From an uncultured delta proteobacterium (GTDB lineage Bacteria > Myxococcota_A > Polyangia > Haliangiales > Haliangiaceae), in assembly GCA_963848295.1 (NCBI GenBank), contig CAWKDB010000004.1, forward strand, positions 64,001-128,000: 64,000 bases of DNA, read 5' to 3'. The notes below the pieces were generated by a model. The model did not search any database. It had not been told where the DNA came from and was given only the letters and a program-made list of their open reading frames with translations. The position numbers and the translations under genes were made by a program. Positions 29,816-39,452 of the stretch are shown in pieces. Every line of letters begins with the position of its first letter. Position 1 is the stretch's first letter.

Positions 29816-31459
29816 CTAACGCTCGACGCGGTAGACGATGAAGTAGCGGTCGCCATCGAACGCGATCGGCGCGGCGATCGCGGCGGCACTCCGCTCGACG
29901 ACGAGATAGTCAGCGCCGAACGATCGCGCGATCGCGAGGCGGCGCGGTCCAGGGACATCGGCCCATCGGTGCTCGACCTCCTCGTGCGTCGCAGCGTCGG
30001 GAACGTCCACGACCCGACACAACCGGCGATACCAGGCGACGAGCTCGTCGGGGATCAGCGGCGGCGACCACGTATCGGCGACCAACGCGCGCCGCGCGAG
30101 CAAGCGGAAGCGACCGAAGCCAGGTGGCGTCAGGAACAGCGCGTCGACCGCGGTCGATCGCCTCGCCCACAGGGTCACCGGATCGACCGCGGCGGCGATC
30201 CGCGGAGCGCACAACGCGGCGCGGCGATGACCGACCGCGATCGCGCACGACGCCACCGCGAGCGCGATCGGCACGTAGTCGCGCACCGCGGCAGGAAGCG
30301 CGCGCGCCGCGATCACGACGAGCGAGGCGAGACCGAGCACGATGTAGGCTTCGCGAGGTGGGACGATGTGGCGTTGGGCGACGATCGCGACGATCGCCGC
30401 TGCGAGCGCGATGCGCCGCCACCGCGGGACAAGGCGCAGGCGAGCCGGCTGCTCGATGACCGCGATCATCGCGACCGCGGCGACGAGCTGACACGCGAGT
30501 TGCGCGAACGGACCCGTGCGCCAGACAAATAGCCGCGTCAGTCCGAGCGTGCTCGGGATCCAGATCACCGCACCGGTGACGAGGCAGATCGCGCTCGCGA
30601 CCCACGCGAAGCGCCAGAGCCGGTCGAGCACGGTCGCCCGCGCGAGCGGCCGGGCGAGTGGCAACGCCGCCCATGCCGCGATCAACCAGCCGACCAACGA
30701 CAGCGCGGAGAACGTGACGCGGTACGGATCGTAGTGCCCGGGCGCGTGGAACTTCTCGAGGATGCGCAACGCGAGATCCGGATCGTTTGCGCTCGCGGTG
30801 AGCTCGGGCACGAACCACACGAGGACGAGGAGCTGCGGCACGACGAGCGTCGCGACTCGTCGCCAGTCCAGCGGGTGCGTCGCGAGCTCGGCCGCCGCGA
30901 ACAGGCCGACGCCGAGGACGAGAAAGTTCACGTGCAGCGCGCCGGCGCACGCGAGCGCGATCCCGGCGACGAACGTTCGGCCGCGCAGCCAGGCAACGAG
31001 CGCGATCAGCCAGCCTAGCGTCGCGAGCGAAGACGGCTGGAGATACCCGGACCACAGATACGAACCGGCGAGCGCTCGACCTTCGGTCAACGCGAGCCAG
31101 GCTGCGAGCACCGCGAACAGCGCGAGCGCGCCGCGTGACACGACCGTCGTGACGGCGTAGTAGACAGCGACGTAGGTCGCGACCGAGACCACGAGCTGCG
31201 CGATGAAGAACGCGACCGCGCCATCGTCGTCGAGACGAAACAGCCAAGCGGCGAGCCACGCGAATACCGGGTGATACGCGGTCGTGTGAGTCACGAGCCA
31301 GTCGTTGCGATAGAGCTCCGGGTGGGCGAGGCGCAACGGCTCGACCAAGTAGGTCAGCTGCGTCTTCGTGGCGAAGCAGCTCGCGTACGCGATCGACAGC
31401 ACGACTGCGATCGCGATCACGGTGGCGGCGATCAGCCATCGCCGGTCCTCCAGTCTCAT
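29816..31459 (-). CDS. Polytopic membrane protein, DUF6798-like (possible GT-C fold)
   Basis: PELYRNDWL, many TM helices, C-terminal FLTPP..FRLLARRALVAD..SPP..FGADYLV. Confidence 0.65.
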   Translation of the reverse strand: MRLEDRRWLIAATVIAIAVVLSIAYASCFATKTQLTYLVEPLRLAHPELYRNDWLVTHTTAYHPVFAWLAAWLFRLDDDGAVAFFIAQLVVSVATYVAVYYAVTTVVSRGALALFAVLAAWLALTEGRALAGSYLWSGYLQPSSLATLGWLIALVAWLRGRTFVAGIALACAGALHVNFLVLGVGLFAAAELATHPLDWRRVATLVVPQLLVLVWFVPELTASANDPDLALRILEKFHAPGHYDPYRVTFSALSLVGWLIAAWAALPLARPLARATVLDRLWRFAWVASAICLVTGAVIWIPSTLGLTRLFVWRTGPFAQLACQLVAAVAMIAVIEQPARLRLVPRWRRIALAAAIVAIVAQRHIVPPREAYIVLGLASLVVIAARALPAAVRDYVPIALAVASCAIAVGHRRAALCAPRIAAAVDPVTLWARRSTAVDALFLTPPGFGRFRLLARRALVADTWSPPLIPDELVAWYRRLCRVVDVPDAATHEEVEHRWADVPGPRRLAIARSFGADYLVVERSAAAIAAPIAFDGDRYFIVYRVER

Positions 31460-31473
31460 CGGCGCGCAGCAAG

Positions 31474-31489
31474 AGCAATGGCTGTACCA
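31474..31489 (-). promoter_or_regulatory. Putative sigma54 promoter
   Basis: Minus strand TGGTACAGCCATTGCT; conserved C is 16 nt before ATG 31459. Confidence 0.6.
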
Positions 31490-31605
31490 GCGCGAGTGGA
31501 TGCAATTTCACCGAGCTGCGATTTTCGTCGACTCGGATCACTGGCAGGACGCGGCAGTGATGTCGCGAACGCATCCGCGCGTTCGTGCATTTCTCACGGC
31601 GGTGA

Positions 31606-32571
31606 CTAGCTCGTCGGCGCGTCGATCGTGATCGCGAGCTTGCCGCGGATATCGCCGATGCGTTGCCGCTCGAGCGCGGTCGGCAGCTCGGCGAGGGGAA
31701 AGCTCGCGTCGAGGATCGGCTCGAGCTTGGCTTCGTCGAACCAGGTCGCGAGCTGCGCGAAGTCGGCGGCGACGGGCTTGACGATGATGAACGTGCAGCG
31801 CTTCGACGAGAACCACGAGCGCGCGATGCCGAGGAACAGCCCCGGCCCGGGCAACAACGCGACGTAGGTGCCGCCACGGTCGAGCAGCGGCGCGCACGTC
31901 CCGAACGTCGACGTCGAGGCGACGTCGAACACGACCGCGAAGCGCTCCTCGATCGCGCGCAGTGGCGTCGTCTTGTAGTCGTAGACCCGGTCGGCGCCGA
32001 GGCCCTTGACGTAGTCGACCTTGCCGCCGCTCGCCGTCGCGATCACGGTCGCGCCGAGCGTCTTCGCGATCTGGACCGCGTAGCTGCCGACGCCGCCCGA
32101 GGCGCCGTTGATCAACACGGTCTGGCCCGCCGCGAGCTTCGCCTTGTGGAGCGCTTGCAGCGCGGTCGCGGCGCTGGTCGCGGCCGCGGCGGCTTGCTCG
32201 TGCGAGAGCTTGCGCGGCTTCGGCCCGGCCGTGGCTTCGCTCACCGCGACGTACTCGGCGTAGGTCCCGTTCGTCGTGCTGCGCGCGTACGGCAGGAACC
32301 CGTAGACCTCGTCGCCCACTTTGTAGGCGCTCGTGCTCGCGCCGACCTCGGTGACGACGCCGCTGTAGTCGTAGCCGAGGACGAGCGGAAACTTCGAGGC
32401 GTGCAGGAAGCTGCCGCCATCGCGATGACCGAGCACCTTCAGGTCTGCGGGATTGACGGCCGCGGCGCGGACGTTGACGACGATCTGACCCGGCGCCGCG
32501 GTCGGCTTGTCGATCTCGCGCAAAGTGAGGTTGGCGATCTCGCCGAACTTGTCGCTGGCAAATGCACGCAT
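31606..32571 (-). CDS. NADPH:quinone reductase-like MDR oxidoreductase
   Basis: AAVNPAD, GYDYSG, GTYAEY, VLINGASGGVG. Confidence 0.9.
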   Translation of the reverse strand: MRAFASDKFGEIANLTLREIDKPTAAPGQIVVNVRAAAVNPADLKVLGHRDGGSFLHASKFPLVLGYDYSGVVTEVGASTSAYKVGDEVYGFLPYARSTTNGTYAEYVAVSEATAGPKPRKLSHEQAAAAATSAATALQALHKAKLAAGQTVLINGASGGVGSYAVQIAKTLGATVIATASGGKVDYVKGLGADRVYDYKTTPLRAIEERFAVVFDVASTSTFGTCAPLLDRGGTYVALLPGPGLFLGIARSWFSSKRCTFIIVKPVAADFAQLATWFDEAKLEPILDASFPLAELPTALERQRIGDIRGKLAITIDAPTS

Positions 32572-32621
32572 GCCGTCGCGTACCGCGTGGCCTCGCGCAC
32601 GGCAAGCAAACGCAACCGCGA

Positions 32622-33707
32622 TCACGCCTGCGTCAGCGTCAGCAGCGCGATCTCCGACGACGTGCCGACGCGCATCGGCGGCCCCCAGAAGCCGGTGCCC
32701 TCGCTGATGTACAACCAGGTGGCGCCGAACCGCGCGAGCCCCGCGACGTGCGGCTCGAACAGGCGGACGAGCCAACCGGGCGGCAGCAGCTGGCCGCCGT
32801 GGGTGTGGCCCGAGAGTTGGAGGTCGACCTCGGCGGCGACGGTGCGCGCGATCGTACGCGGATGGTGAGCGAGCAGCACGACCGGGAGGTTCGGGTTGCG
32901 GCCGGCGACCGCGCGCGGCACGTCTTCGTCAGCACTCGAGTCGTCGGTGCCCGCGAGCTCGAACGCGTCGCGGATCGTGACGTGCTCGTTGCGCAGGATC
33001 CGGATGCCGAGCGAGCGCAGGTGCTCGAGCCAGGCATCGGCGTGCCAGTAGTACTCGTGGTTGCCGGTCACCGCGTAGACGCCGTCGCGCGCGCTCAGCT
33101 CGCGCAGCGGTTCGACATGCCGGCGCAGCTCGTCGAGCCGGCCGTCGACGAGGTCGCCGGTGATGACGATGAGATCGGGCGCGAGCGCGTTGACCCGTGC
33201 GACGACGTTCGCGGCGAAGCGCTCTCCGAGCAACGGTCCGATGTGCACGTCGCTGAGCTGGACGATCGTATAGCCCTCAGCGCTCGCCGGCAGCTTCGCG
33301 AGCGGGATCCGGACGCGTCGCACGATCGGCCCGCGCGCCATGTGAACGAGTCCGTAGAGCACGGTCGCCGCCGCCGCTGCAACGCCGACGATCGCGCCGG
33401 TGCGCGCATCGACACTCGCGATCGTGCACACGAGATCGGTGACCGCCGCCGCGAGCAGCAAGTACACCGCGAACCCGAACCACGTGTAGGCGAGCCACAC
33501 CCAGGGCCGCGCGGCCGCCCTCGGCAGCCGGCGCAGGCCAAACGTCACGACCGGCAAGCTCGGCGCGAGAACGACGATCGCGATCGTCGCGAGCCCGTAC
33601 CAAGGCGACGGCAGATGCGTCGCTCTCACGAACCGCAACCAGATGTAGTAGTGGGCCGAGCCGAGGATCGCCATGACGATCAGCAGGCGAGTCCGTAACC
33701 GGCGCAC
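32622..33707 (-). CDS. Membrane-anchored metallophosphoesterase (YkuE-like)
   Basis: SDVH, TGDLVD, TGNHE, LLAHHP, SGHTHGGQ; N-terminal TM helices. Confidence 0.92.
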   Translation of the reverse strand: MRRLRTRLLIVMAILGSAHYYIWLRFVRATHLPSPWYGLATIAIVVLAPSLPVVTFGLRRLPRAAARPWVWLAYTWFGFAVYLLLAAAVTDLVCTIASVDARTGAIVGVAAAAATVLYGLVHMARGPIVRRVRIPLAKLPASAEGYTIVQLSDVHIGPLLGERFAANVVARVNALAPDLIVITGDLVDGRLDELRRHVEPLRELSARDGVYAVTGNHEYYWHADAWLEHLRSLGIRILRNEHVTIRDAFELAGTDDSSADEDVPRAVAGRNPNLPVVLLAHHPRTIARTVAAEVDLQLSGHTHGGQLLPPGWLVRLFEPHVAGLARFGATWLYISEGTGFWGPPMRVGTSSEIALLTLTQA

Positions 33708-33723
33708 GGCGGAGGTGTAGCAC

Positions 33724-34821
33724 CTAGCGCGGCGCCGCGACGAGCAGGACCGGCGGGTTGCTCGGCAGAGTAACGACGAGCTGGCTCGGACTCGTGAACC
33801 GAGGATCCTCGACCGCGATCATGAACCGGTCGGCGGAGAAGCTAGACAGCTGAAACAGCCCCTGGGCGTCGGTCGTCGCGGTCGCGCTTGCCGCGAGGCG
33901 CGATAACGAGATCTCGTGCTCGGGCCGCACCGCGACCGTGACGTGCGCGAGTGGGTTGCCGTGGGGGTCGACGACACGTCCGTGGTACAGGCCGTTCGGC
34001 CGGATTCGCAGCTCGTGGATCTGCGTGCCGACGTGATCGACGAGCGCCGGCGCGTCGAGGTTCCGGCGACAGCTCGGCGCGAGCGAGACCCGACCGTGCG
34101 GCGCCATCACGATGACTTGGCCGTCGCGATCGGTGATCCGTTCGACGCGGCCGATCGTGACGCGGCAGCCCGCGAGCGGCTTGCGGTCGAGGCCGGCGAT
34201 GCGCACGACGAGCGGCCACAGTCGGCGCAAGGCGACCCGCTGGACCGGCTTCGTGAAGTCGGGGGTCGTGCCGCCGCCTTCATAGCCGTTCGCACTGACC
34301 TCGAACTCGTCGCCCGACCGATCGTCGCGGCCGACAAACGTCGCGCTGCCATCCGCGGGGACGTCGACCGGATCACCGAACCGCGGCGGGGTGACGGTCG
34401 CACCTTCGATCGGACGCTGGGTCTCGCTGTCGACGACGACGACCTTCACCGCGACTCCGGGCCGCAGCCGCAAGATCGGCGGCACGTAGCCGGCGGTCCC
34501 TTCGGGGACGCTGACGACCTCGTTCGACGACGAGAACCCTTGCGCGTGGGCCACGCCGCGCAGGCGCAACAGCTTGACGCCCGGTCGCGTGTAGCCGCCG
34601 CCCGGGATCACGAACCGACCGTCGGCTTCGGCGTAATACGTGCGGTCGGGAAAGTGATCGGCGACCGCGTGGTTGTCCGGATCCCAGAAATCGACCGTGT
34701 AGTAGACCTCGCCCTTCACCGGCTTGCCGTCGGGGCTGACGATCCGGCCGCTCAGCGTTCGCGGTGTCGGATCGGCCGAGGCGATCGCGCTCGTCACGAG
34801 CAACAAGACCAGGGCGCGCAC
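33724..34821 (-). CDS. Secreted protein with carboxypeptidase-regulatory-like (prealbumin-fold) repeats
   Basis: Signal peptide; repeated G-R-V-V-D-x-x-G-x-P and TD..G.F motifs. Confidence 0.75.
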   Translation of the reverse strand: MRALVLLLVTSAIASADPTPRTLSGRIVSPDGKPVKGEVYYTVDFWDPDNHAVADHFPDRTYYAEADGRFVIPGGGYTRPGVKLLRLRGVAHAQGFSSSNEVVSVPEGTAGYVPPILRLRPGVAVKVVVVDSETQRPIEGATVTPPRFGDPVDVPADGSATFVGRDDRSGDEFEVSANGYEGGGTTPDFTKPVQRVALRRLWPLVVRIAGLDRKPLAGCRVTIGRVERITDRDGQVIVMAPHGRVSLAPSCRRNLDAPALVDHVGTQIHELRIRPNGLYHGRVVDPHGNPLAHVTVAVRPEHEISLSRLAASATATTDAQGLFQLSSFSADRFMIAVEDPRFTSPSQLVVTLPSNPPVLLVAAPR

Positions 34822-34860
34822 GGCCTGGATTGTGCCGTGTTCTCGCTGTTTATCGCGAAA

Positions 34861-34910
34861 TATACCGTGTGATATATTTGTTCCTTGCGGATTATCTCGG
34901 TCGGTATAAT
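34861..34910. promoter_or_regulatory. Paired imperfect palindromes plus TATAAT -10 box upstream of the OYE-TetR-MDR operon
   Basis: TATACCGTGTGATATA (34861) and TATCTCGGTCGGTATA (34893); TATAAT at 34905-34910. Confidence 0.55.
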
Positions 34911-34919
34911 CCTGGCCGC

Positions 34920-36131
34920 ATGCCGAACCTAGACACGCCGCTGCACCTGAGATCGGGAGCCGCGCTCCCCAACCGGATCGCGAAAGCGGCGATGTCCGAG
35001 GTGCTCGGCGACGCGACCGGCGCGCCGACCGATGCGCTGGTCCGGCTGTACGAGCGCTGGGCCCGCAGCGGCGCAGGCCTCCTCATCACCGGTCACGTCA
35101 TCGTCGATCGCGGCGGCCGCGCCGAGCCCAACAACGTCGTGATCGACGGAGCCGCTGCAGCTCGATTTCGCGCTTGGGCGAGCGCCGGTCAGGCGCACGG
35201 GGCGCGCATGTGGATGCAGCTCAACCATGCCGGGCGTCAATCGCCGCGACGACTGTCGCCGGTGCCGGTCGCTCCGTCGGCGGTCGCGGTGGCCGGATTC
35301 TTCGGCGCGTTCGCGAAGCCGCGCGCGCTGGCGGCGCACGAGATCGAGGCGTTGGTCGCGAAGTTCGCGGCCGCGGCCGTCGTCGCGCGCGATGCCGGCT
35401 TTGCCGGGGTTCAGATCCACGCGGCGCACGGTTATCTGGTGTCGCAGTTTCTCTCGGCGCGCACGAACACGCGCGACGACGCGTGGGGTGGCGATGCGGT
35501 GCGCCGTCGCCGGTTCTTGCTCGAGATCGTGCGAGCGATTCGCGCGGCGGTCGGCGCGGCGTTCCCGATCGGAGTCAAGTTGAATTCGGCAGACTTCCAG
35601 CGCGGCGGCTTCGCGATCGAGGAGGCGATGGACGTCGCGCGCGCGCTCGACGTCGCGGGCATCGACCTGCTCGAGGTCTCCGGTGGCAATTACGAGAGCC
35701 CGGCGATGACCGGCTCGGGCGAGCTGCCGAGCGAGCAACGGCAGAGCTCTCGCGATCGCGAAGCGTACTTCCTCGATTACGCGCGGCGGATTCGCACCGT
35801 CGTCTCGACCCCGATCCTGCTGACCGGCGGCATGCGCAGCCGAACCGTGATGGAAGCGGCGCTCGCGTCGCGTGACGTCGATGTCATCGGCCTCGGTCGC
35901 CCGATGACGCACACGCCGGACTTGCCTGCGAAGTTGCTCGCTCGTTCGTTGGAGGTCGCACCGAGCGTGCAGATCCGCAGTCGTGTCCGGCTGTTCGATG
36001 ACGCGCTTCAGACGATGTGGTTTCAGGCGCAGATCCACGAGCTGGCGAGCGGCCGCGAGCCCGACCTCCAGCTCGCGAAGTGGACGGCGCTGTGTCGCGG
36101 TGTACGCACGCTGACCGGAGCGCCGGCATGA
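34920..36131 (+). CDS. NADH:flavin oxidoreductase (Old Yellow Enzyme family)
   Basis: NRIAKAAMSE, QLNHAGRQ, QIHAAHGYLVSQFLS, N.R.D.WGG, KLNSADF. Confidence 0.93.
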   Translation: MPNLDTPLHLRSGAALPNRIAKAAMSEVLGDATGAPTDALVRLYERWARSGAGLLITGHVIVDRGGRAEPNNVVIDGAAAARFRAWASAGQAHGARMWMQLNHAGRQSPRRLSPVPVAPSAVAVAGFFGAFAKPRALAAHEIEALVAKFAAAAVVARDAGFAGVQIHAAHGYLVSQFLSARTNTRDDAWGGDAVRRRRFLLEIVRAIRAAVGAAFPIGVKLNSADFQRGGFAIEEAMDVARALDVAGIDLLEVSGGNYESPAMTGSGELPSEQRQSSRDREAYFLDYARRIRTVVSTPILLTGGMRSRTVMEAALASRDVDVIGLGRPMTHTPDLPAKLLARSLEVAPSVQIRSRVRLFDDALQTMWFQAQIHELASGREPDLQLAKWTALCRGVRTLTGAPA

Positions 36132-36727
36132 TCTCCCATCCGTCGAAAGGCGAGCGCACGCGCAAGAAGCTGGTCGATGCGACCGGCGAGCTGCTGCGCC
36201 GCCAAGGGTTTCACGCGACCGGGTTATCGGACATCGTCGCCGAGAGCGGGGCGCCGCGCGGCTCGCTGTACTTCTATTTCCCCGGCGGCAAAGACCAGCT
36301 CGCGCGTGCCGCGCTCGAGGCCACCGGCGCGCAGTGGCGCGATCGCATCGGAGCCGCGGTCGCTGCGGCGCCGGATGTCGATGGTGCGATCGCGGCGATC
36401 ATCGAGCTGCTCGGTGATGACCTCGAGGCCTCGAACTTCGAGAACGGCTGCCCGGTCGCGGCGGTCGCGCTCGAGAATCCGTCGGAGCCGGTACACGAGG
36501 CGATCGTCGCGCACTACGCGGAGTGGGAGCGTTGGATCGCGGCCTATCTCGCCGCCGCAGGGGTCGCGGCGCGGTCCGCGCATCAGCTCGCGGTCGTCGC
36601 GCTCGCCGCGATCGAAGGGGCGTTGCTGCTCGCCCGGGTGCAACGCAGCCGCGCTCCGCTCACCGCGGTCGGCGTAGCGCTCCGCGCGATGATGACGGCC
36701 GCAGCGCCCAGGAAGCGACCGCGATGA
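36128..36727 (+). CDS. TetR family regulator (LmrA/YxaF-like)
   Basis: QGFHATGLSDI..SGAPRGSLYFYFPGGK, GCPVAAVALE. Confidence 0.92.
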   Translation: MISHPSKGERTRKKLVDATGELLRRQGFHATGLSDIVAESGAPRGSLYFYFPGGKDQLARAALEATGAQWRDRIGAAVAAAPDVDGAIAAIIELLGDDLEASNFENGCPVAAVALENPSEPVHEAIVAHYAEWERWIAAYLAAAGVAARSAHQLAVVALAAIEGALLLARVQRSRAPLTAVGVALRAMMTAAAPRKRPR

Positions 36728-37758
36728 AGTTGCTATCGAGCCACTCCTTGCCGACCACGATGCAAGCGCTCGCGACCGTCGTGGGTGGCGTCGAATTGGT
36801 CGAACGTCCGGTGCCGACGCCGCGGCGCGGTCAGGTGCTCGTCCACATGCGCGCCGCGCCGATCAACCCGAACGACCTGTTATTGCTCGATGACGACTAC
36901 GAGGTGAAGCGGCCACTCGGCGCGATCGCGGGTTTCGAAGGCACGGGCACGGTCGTCGCGAGCGGTGGTGGAGCGTTCGCGCGCTTCATGCTCGGGCGCG
37001 AAGTGGCATGCGCGGCCGGCGCCGGCGACGGCACGTGGGCCGAGTATGCGGTGGTCGATGCGCTGCGCGCCGCTCCGCTCGCGAAGTCCACCGACCCCCA
37101 ACAAGCTGCGATGCTGCTGACCAACCCGCTCACGGCGAGCGTGCTGCTCCAGACCGCGCGGCGGGCCGGTCATCGCGCGTTCGTGCAGAACGCCGCCGCC
37201 GGCGCGCTCGGCAAGATGATCGTTCGCCTGTGCCTGCGCGCCGGCTTGCCGCTCGTCAACATCGTGCGCCGGCCCGAGCAGGCCGCCGCACTGCGCGCGA
37301 TCGGCGCGGAGCACATCGTCGTGACGAGCGAGCCCGGTGCGGATGCCGCGTTGCGCGCGCTCTGCGATCAGCTCGGCGTGCGCTTCGGGTTCGATGCGAT
37401 CGCGGGCGAGGCGACCGGCCAGCTCGCGCGCGCGATCGGGCGCGATGGCCGGATCCTCGTCTACGGCAAGCTGTCCGGCAAGCCGTGTCAGATCGATGTC
37501 GATCCGTTGGTGTTCCACAGCCTCCGCGTCGACGGCTTCACGATGTACGCATGGGTCGAGCGCACGTCGCTGCTCGGGCAGCTCCGCACGCTCGGCGCGG
37601 CGCAACGCCGGCTGGGTGATGATCTGCGCTCCGAGGTTCGCGCGACCAAGCGGCTCGCCGAGCACGGCGAAGCCCTCGCGCTTGCCCGCGGCGCGACCAG
37701 CGATGGCAAGGTCTTGTTCACCCTGCGCGCCGGCCTTGACTCGCGAGATATCCGATGA
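36724..37758 (+). CDS. MDR-family dehydrogenase/enoyl reductase-like
   Basis: [32 protein letters not shown]. Confidence 0.88.
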   Translation: MKLLSSHSLPTTMQALATVVGGVELVERPVPTPRRGQVLVHMRAAPINPNDLLLLDDDYEVKRPLGAIAGFEGTGTVVASGGGAFARFMLGREVACAAGAGDGTWAEYAVVDALRAAPLAKSTDPQQAAMLLTNPLTASVLLQTARRAGHRAFVQNAAAGALGKMIVRLCLRAGLPLVNIVRRPEQAAALRAIGAEHIVVTSEPGADAALRALCDQLGVRFGFDAIAGEATGQLARAIGRDGRILVYGKLSGKPCQIDVDPLVFHSLRVDGFTMYAWVERTSLLGQLRTLGAAQRRLGDDLRSEVRATKRLAEHGEALALARGATSDGKVLFTLRAGLDSRDIR

Positions 37759-37772
37759 TATCTATCGAATAT
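37736..37772 (+). promoter_or_regulatory. sigma70-type leaderless promoter overlaid with 10-bp-spaced GATATC repeats
   Basis: TTGACT-N17-TATCTA-N6-ATG; GATATC at 37747 and 37757, GAATAT at 37767. Confidence 0.65.
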
Positions 37773-38205
37773 GTCCAGACGAGCTCCAGCGGCGCCCGAG
37801 GGCGCGCTCTACGTCCGCTTGCCCGCTGCCGCGGTCGACAAGCTCGACCGGGCATCCGAGGTGCTCGGCGTCCACAAGAAGGATCTGATCGCCGGGTTGG
37901 TCGCGAAATATATCGATCCCGACACGAAGCGCGGCCTGTCTGCGCTCGGGGCGCTCGCTCAACCGCGGCGAGTCACCGTCGAGCTGGGCGACTCCGCGCC
38001 GACGCTCGGGGCGTACTCGTTCCATCCGTACGATCCGCCCGAGGTGATGAACGCCGTGCAGACCGCCGAGCTGCTCCAGCTCGCCGACAAGGTGGTGATC
38101 GAGCTCGCCGAGGCGGGCAGACTGCCCGGCCGCAAGATGGGGAGCGAGTGGCGATTCTCTCGCGCGGCCGTGATCGCCTGGCTCGCGGGCCCCGAGAAGC
38201 GGTGA
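37771..38205 (+). CDS. DNA-binding protein: ribbon-helix-helix-like N-terminus plus excisionase-type HTH C-terminus
   Basis: [24 protein letters not shown] (RHH pattern); [29 protein letters not shown] (HTH_17/Xis). Confidence 0.8.
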   Translation: MSRRAPAAPEGALYVRLPAAAVDKLDRASEVLGVHKKDLIAGLVAKYIDPDTKRGLSALGALAQPRRVTVELGDSAPTLGAYSFHPYDPPEVMNAVQTAELLQLADKVVIELAEAGRLPGRKMGSEWRFSRAAVIAWLAGPEKR

Positions 38206-38831
38206 TGGGATATTCATCGCATATGTCGAGGTTGCTCGTGCCGACCGTGGTCGAGCAAAGCCAGCGCGGCGAGCGCGGCTGGGACATCTTCTCGCGCCTG
38301 CTCAAGGACCGCGTCATCTTCCTCGGCACCGAGATCGATGACGACGTCGCGAACGTGGTGATCGCGCAGCTGCTGTTCCTCGACTCCGAGGACTCGGCCA
38401 ACGACATCATGATGTACGTCAACTCGCCCGGCGGCTCGGTGTCCGCGGGGCTCGCGATCTACGACACGATGCAATTCCTACACTGCGACGTGTCGACGTA
38501 CTGCATGGGCCAAGCAGCATCGATGGGCAGCTTCCTGCTCGCCGCCGGCTCGCCGGGCAAACGCTATGCGTTGCCGCACGCCCGCGTGATGATCCACCAG
38601 CCGCTCGCCGGTGTCCGCGGCCAGGCGAGCGACATCGCGATCCACGCGCGCGAGGTCTTGAACGCGCGCGCGACGCTGAACGAGCTGCTCGCGAGGCACA
38701 CCGGTCACTCGATCGCGGCGATCCGGCGCGACACCGAGCGCGACAACTTCATGTCCGCGGCCGAGGCGAAGGACTACGGTCTGATCGACGAAGTGCTGAC
38801 TCGGCCGAAGTCGTACGCCGGGGCGCCGTAG
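38205..38831 (+). CDS. clpP: ATP-dependent Clp protease proteolytic subunit
   Basis: [21 protein letters not shown] (Ser), MIHQP (His), ERDNFM (Asp); start 38205 (TGATG) or 38223. Confidence 0.95.
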   Translation: MGYSSHMSRLLVPTVVEQSQRGERGWDIFSRLLKDRVIFLGTEIDDDVANVVIAQLLFLDSEDSANDIMMYVNSPGGSVSAGLAIYDTMQFLHCDVSTYCMGQAASMGSFLLAAGSPGKRYALPHARVMIHQPLAGVRGQASDIAIHAREVLNARATLNELLARHTGHSIAAIRRDTERDNFMSAAEAKDYGLIDEVLTRPKSYAGAP

Positions 38832-38839
38832 GCGGGAAG

Positions 38840-39442
38840 TCAGAGCGGATCGTCGGCGAGCGGAAACGGCTTCCCGCTCTTGAAGTCGAAGTGCCACCAC
38901 TCGGTGGCTAGGCCGACGAAGCCGGCGGCGGTCATCGCGGCCTCGAGCGTGCGCGCTTCTGCGCCGTGCTCGCCCGCGAGCGCGCGATCGCGAAACGCGT
39001 CGCGGGTGGCGGCGTCGTAGGCGGTCGGCAGCACGACGGGCTTGCCGTCGAGATCGACGAGGCCGACGTCGACCGCGGCGCCGCGACTGTGGACCGAGCC
39101 GACCTTCGGATCGGCGACGAACCGCGGGTCGGGGTCGTGCTGCCACAAGATCTGCTGGACCGACGCCGGGCGGTAGCAGTCCCACAGCAGCAGCCGGCGA
39201 TGGTGCGCGCGTAGGCGCCTCGCGGCATCGGCGAGCTTGTCCGCGACGACGTGGCGCAGCTTGCAGGTCGCGTGCGCGTACAGCTTTTCGCCCGTGAAGT
39301 TGTCGGTCGATGCGTAGCGCAGATCGAGCACCGCATCCGGGACCGCCTTGGCGACATCGACGAAGTCATCCGGGCGCGGCTCGGCGTACGCCGCGGCGGC
39401 ACCGGCGAGCGTGCACAGCGTGACCAGCAGACGTGCGCTCAT
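38840..39442 (-). CDS. D-Ala-D-Ala dipeptidase (M15, VanX/DdpX family) with signal peptide
   Basis: DLRYA..NFTG, DCYRP, SVHSRGAAVD, EWWHF. Confidence 0.9.
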   Translation of the reverse strand: MSARLLVTLCTLAGAAAAYAEPRPDDFVDVAKAVPDAVLDLRYASTDNFTGEKLYAHATCKLRHVVADKLADAARRLRAHHRRLLLWDCYRPASVQQILWQHDPDPRFVADPKVGSVHSRGAAVDVGLVDLDGKPVVLPTAYDAATRDAFRDRALAGEHGAEARTLEAAMTAAGFVGLATEWWHFDFKSGKPFPLADDPL

Positions 39443-39452
39443 CTCGACGCCA

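Noticed and set aside
37771..38205. Excisionase as evidence of a prophage or ICE
   Set aside because: No integrase, att-like repeats or phage genes nearby; better explained as a transcription regulator
38840..39442. vanX-type glycopeptide resistance locus
   Set aside because: No vanH/vanA/vanRS; a stand-alone exported dipeptidase
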